The position numbers and the translations under genes were made by a program. A DNA stretch of 63,978 bases, filler included. It is 8 parts of 8 records of this genome, joined end to end, with 100 filler letters (N's around TTAATTAATTAA, not from the genome) between each part and the next. Parts side by side here need not be neighbours in the genome. Positions count along the whole stretch, not along the records: positions 58,792 to 63,978 come from SRR31147125_15906; 7 more parts are not named here. One strand, given 5' to 3'. Below the pieces are notes generated by a model. That model saw only the letters and a list, made by a program, of their open reading frames with translations. It was not told where the DNA came from and made no database searches. Positions 62,752-63,978 of this stretch are shown here, one piece after another (positions within the stretch are counted from its first letter, which is position 1; the number at the start of each line of letters is the position of its first letter).

Positions 62752-63860
62752 TCGGCTCCCTTTTTCATGTTATGTATGAGATCAGATAACGCAATGACAA
62801 GCCCTTGGTTCTCCGTCTCCATACGTGAGGCGATACGAAGGTAACGATCTGCATCGGGTTGTGTTTTTCCCATACAGTGCTTGATGAGTATGTTGTGATC
62901 TATGAACAGCCTTCTTGCGATATCGGGACCATTTGCAGAGTCTTCCGGCAGACGGCAATACAAATAGTTGGCGTCCGGTTTATGCACAAGCATTCCCGGG
63001 ATTTCCGTAAGCATCCGGTACATACTGTCTCTATCTTCGCGAACTCTGGAGCAGCTTTTTTCGAAATCTTGTTGAAAATCGGGCAGTATCCGCAGGAACT
63101 CTTCTGCAAAGCCGTTCAAGTTCCAGATATGGACGCCCTCCCTTACAGCGGAGGCAAACTTTCTATTCGCAGTCACCATATAACCGATACGCAGACCGCA
63201 TATCCCGTAGGCTTTGCTCATGCTTTTAAAAATGACCACGTTACCATGGTTGTCCAAATCGCTTTCCAGAGACCGTTCTCCGGGATTCTCTGTGAAATCG
63301 AGAAAGGACTCATCAACAATAAGAATACAGCCATGAGAGTCCAGCTTACGCGCAAGACTCTGAATATCGGCCTTGGGAACAGCCAGGGAAGTCGGGTTAT
63401 TCGGTGTCACAACCACCGCGACATCGGCTTTTACCCTTGCCGCTTCGGCGGCGAATTTATCCACATCCAGATTGAAGGACGGAAATTCCAGAGGAAACTC
63501 CACGACTCTGTCCGCAGGGGCGGCGTTCGCATATTCGTTGAACGACGGCACTGGAACGATCAGTTTCCGGGCCACTTTACCTGACACAATCTTTATCAGT
63601 TCTGCGGCGCCGTTACCCACCACAATTCGATCGGCGTCCTGATGGATGATATTCCCCACAAGCTCAGCCAATGCATGCTGGGCGACGGGATAGTTGAGAA
63701 CCAAATCGTTGATCCTGTTTTTCAGGCGGGAAATGAGTTCTTCAGGCGGGAAATAGAGATTGTACAGGTAGGCATGGTCGATGAATCCATGACGGTAGTA
63801 CCCACCATGTTGGGTTGAGATAAAATCGTATTTCTCTTCCTGTGACAATTCGCGGTTCAT
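62748..63860 (-). CDS. PLP-dependent class I/II enzyme (HisC/CobD-like aminotransferase or decarboxylase)
   Basis: GNGAAELI, PNNPT, VDESF, SMSKAYGICGLRIGY. Confidence 0.9.
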   Translation of the reverse strand: MNRELSQEEKYDFISTQHGGYYRHGFIDHAYLYNLYFPPEELISRLKNRINDLVLNYPVAQHALAELVGNIIHQDADRIVVGNGAAELIKIVSGKVARKLIVPVPSFNEYANAAPADRVVEFPLEFPSFNLDVDKFAAEAARVKADVAVVVTPNNPTSLAVPKADIQSLARKLDSHGCILIVDESFLDFTENPGERSLESDLDNHGNVVIFKSMSKAYGICGLRIGYMVTANRKFASAVREGVHIWNLNGFAEEFLRILPDFQQDFEKSCSRVREDRDSMYRMLTEIPGMLVHKPDANYLYCRLPEDSANGPDIARRLFIDHNILIKHCMGKTQPDADRYLRIASRMETENQGLVIALSDLIHNMKKGAE

Positions 63861-63861
63861 A

Positions 63862-63978
63862 TCAGATTCCGGATGCAGCTTCGGTGGTTGATGCGACGTT
63901 CAGTACTTTGAGAACAGGATTCTTTTTTGGTGATGAAACGGACCCGGCGGAGCGGGGTTTCGGGAAGAGTTTCTCTGC
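63862..63978 (-). CDS. 3' end of upstream operon gene, possibly a nucleotidyl/cytidylyltransferase
   Basis: AEKLFPKPRSAG...SGI* stops 1 nt before the PLP gene ATG. AEKLF resembles the end of LicC-like NTP transferases, but only 38 codons are visible. Confidence 0.35.
   Translation of the reverse strand, partial: AEKLFPKPRSAGSVSSPKKNPVLKVLNVASTTEAASGI

Noticed and set aside
1..63978. tRNA, rRNA, CRISPR arrays, transposases, integrases
   Set aside because: None recognised by eye in any contig; a covariance-model scan would be needed to exclude small RNAs.

Overview
This is not one locus. It is eight unrelated contigs joined by 100-nt linkers (N44-TTAATTAATTAA-N44), so gene neighbourhood can only be read within a contig. 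C1 (1-9986, Desulfobacterales-like): PEP-CTERM-type protein, ABC exporter, PilZ protein and an exopolysaccharide export cluster (OM barrel, Wza, Wzc, O-antigen ligase/polymerase). C2 (10087-20333, very AT-rich): type I restriction-modification hsdRMS followed by an ABC/AAA ATPase, plus a divergent operon of an 85-aa ORF, a 684-aa ankyrin-like protein and an uncalled 34-aa micropeptide. C3 (20434-30023): phosphoesterase/choice-of-anchor-I/dockerin fusion, PAS protein, glpK, short flagellin, REC protein and pseudo-REC-FapA. C4 (30124-36848): alpha-glucoside catabolism (ABC permease, amylosucrase, GH65-betaPGM fusion). C5 (36949-42091): lipoprotein, YibE/F, MscS-cNMP channel. C6 (42192-50540): RND pump, TIGR01212 radical SAM, methyltransferase, GGDEF, thermonuclease, PEP carboxykinase, oadB end. 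C7 (50641-58691): kdsB, deoxyhypusine-synthase-like protein, sialidase, then an AT-rich array of small membrane/secreted ORFs with repeated spacers. C8 (58792-63978): DUF2264, acyltransferase, membrane LuxR, and a PLP enzyme/CDP-alcohol phosphotransferase cluster. Several genes are split at homopolymer runs, most likely sequencing indels. The best candidates for undescribed systems are the RM-linked ankyrin/micropeptide operon, the small-gene array, the kdsB/DHS-like/sialidase operon and the amino-alcohol headgroup cluster. Family and taxon calls come from motif recognition by eye; no database search was run.
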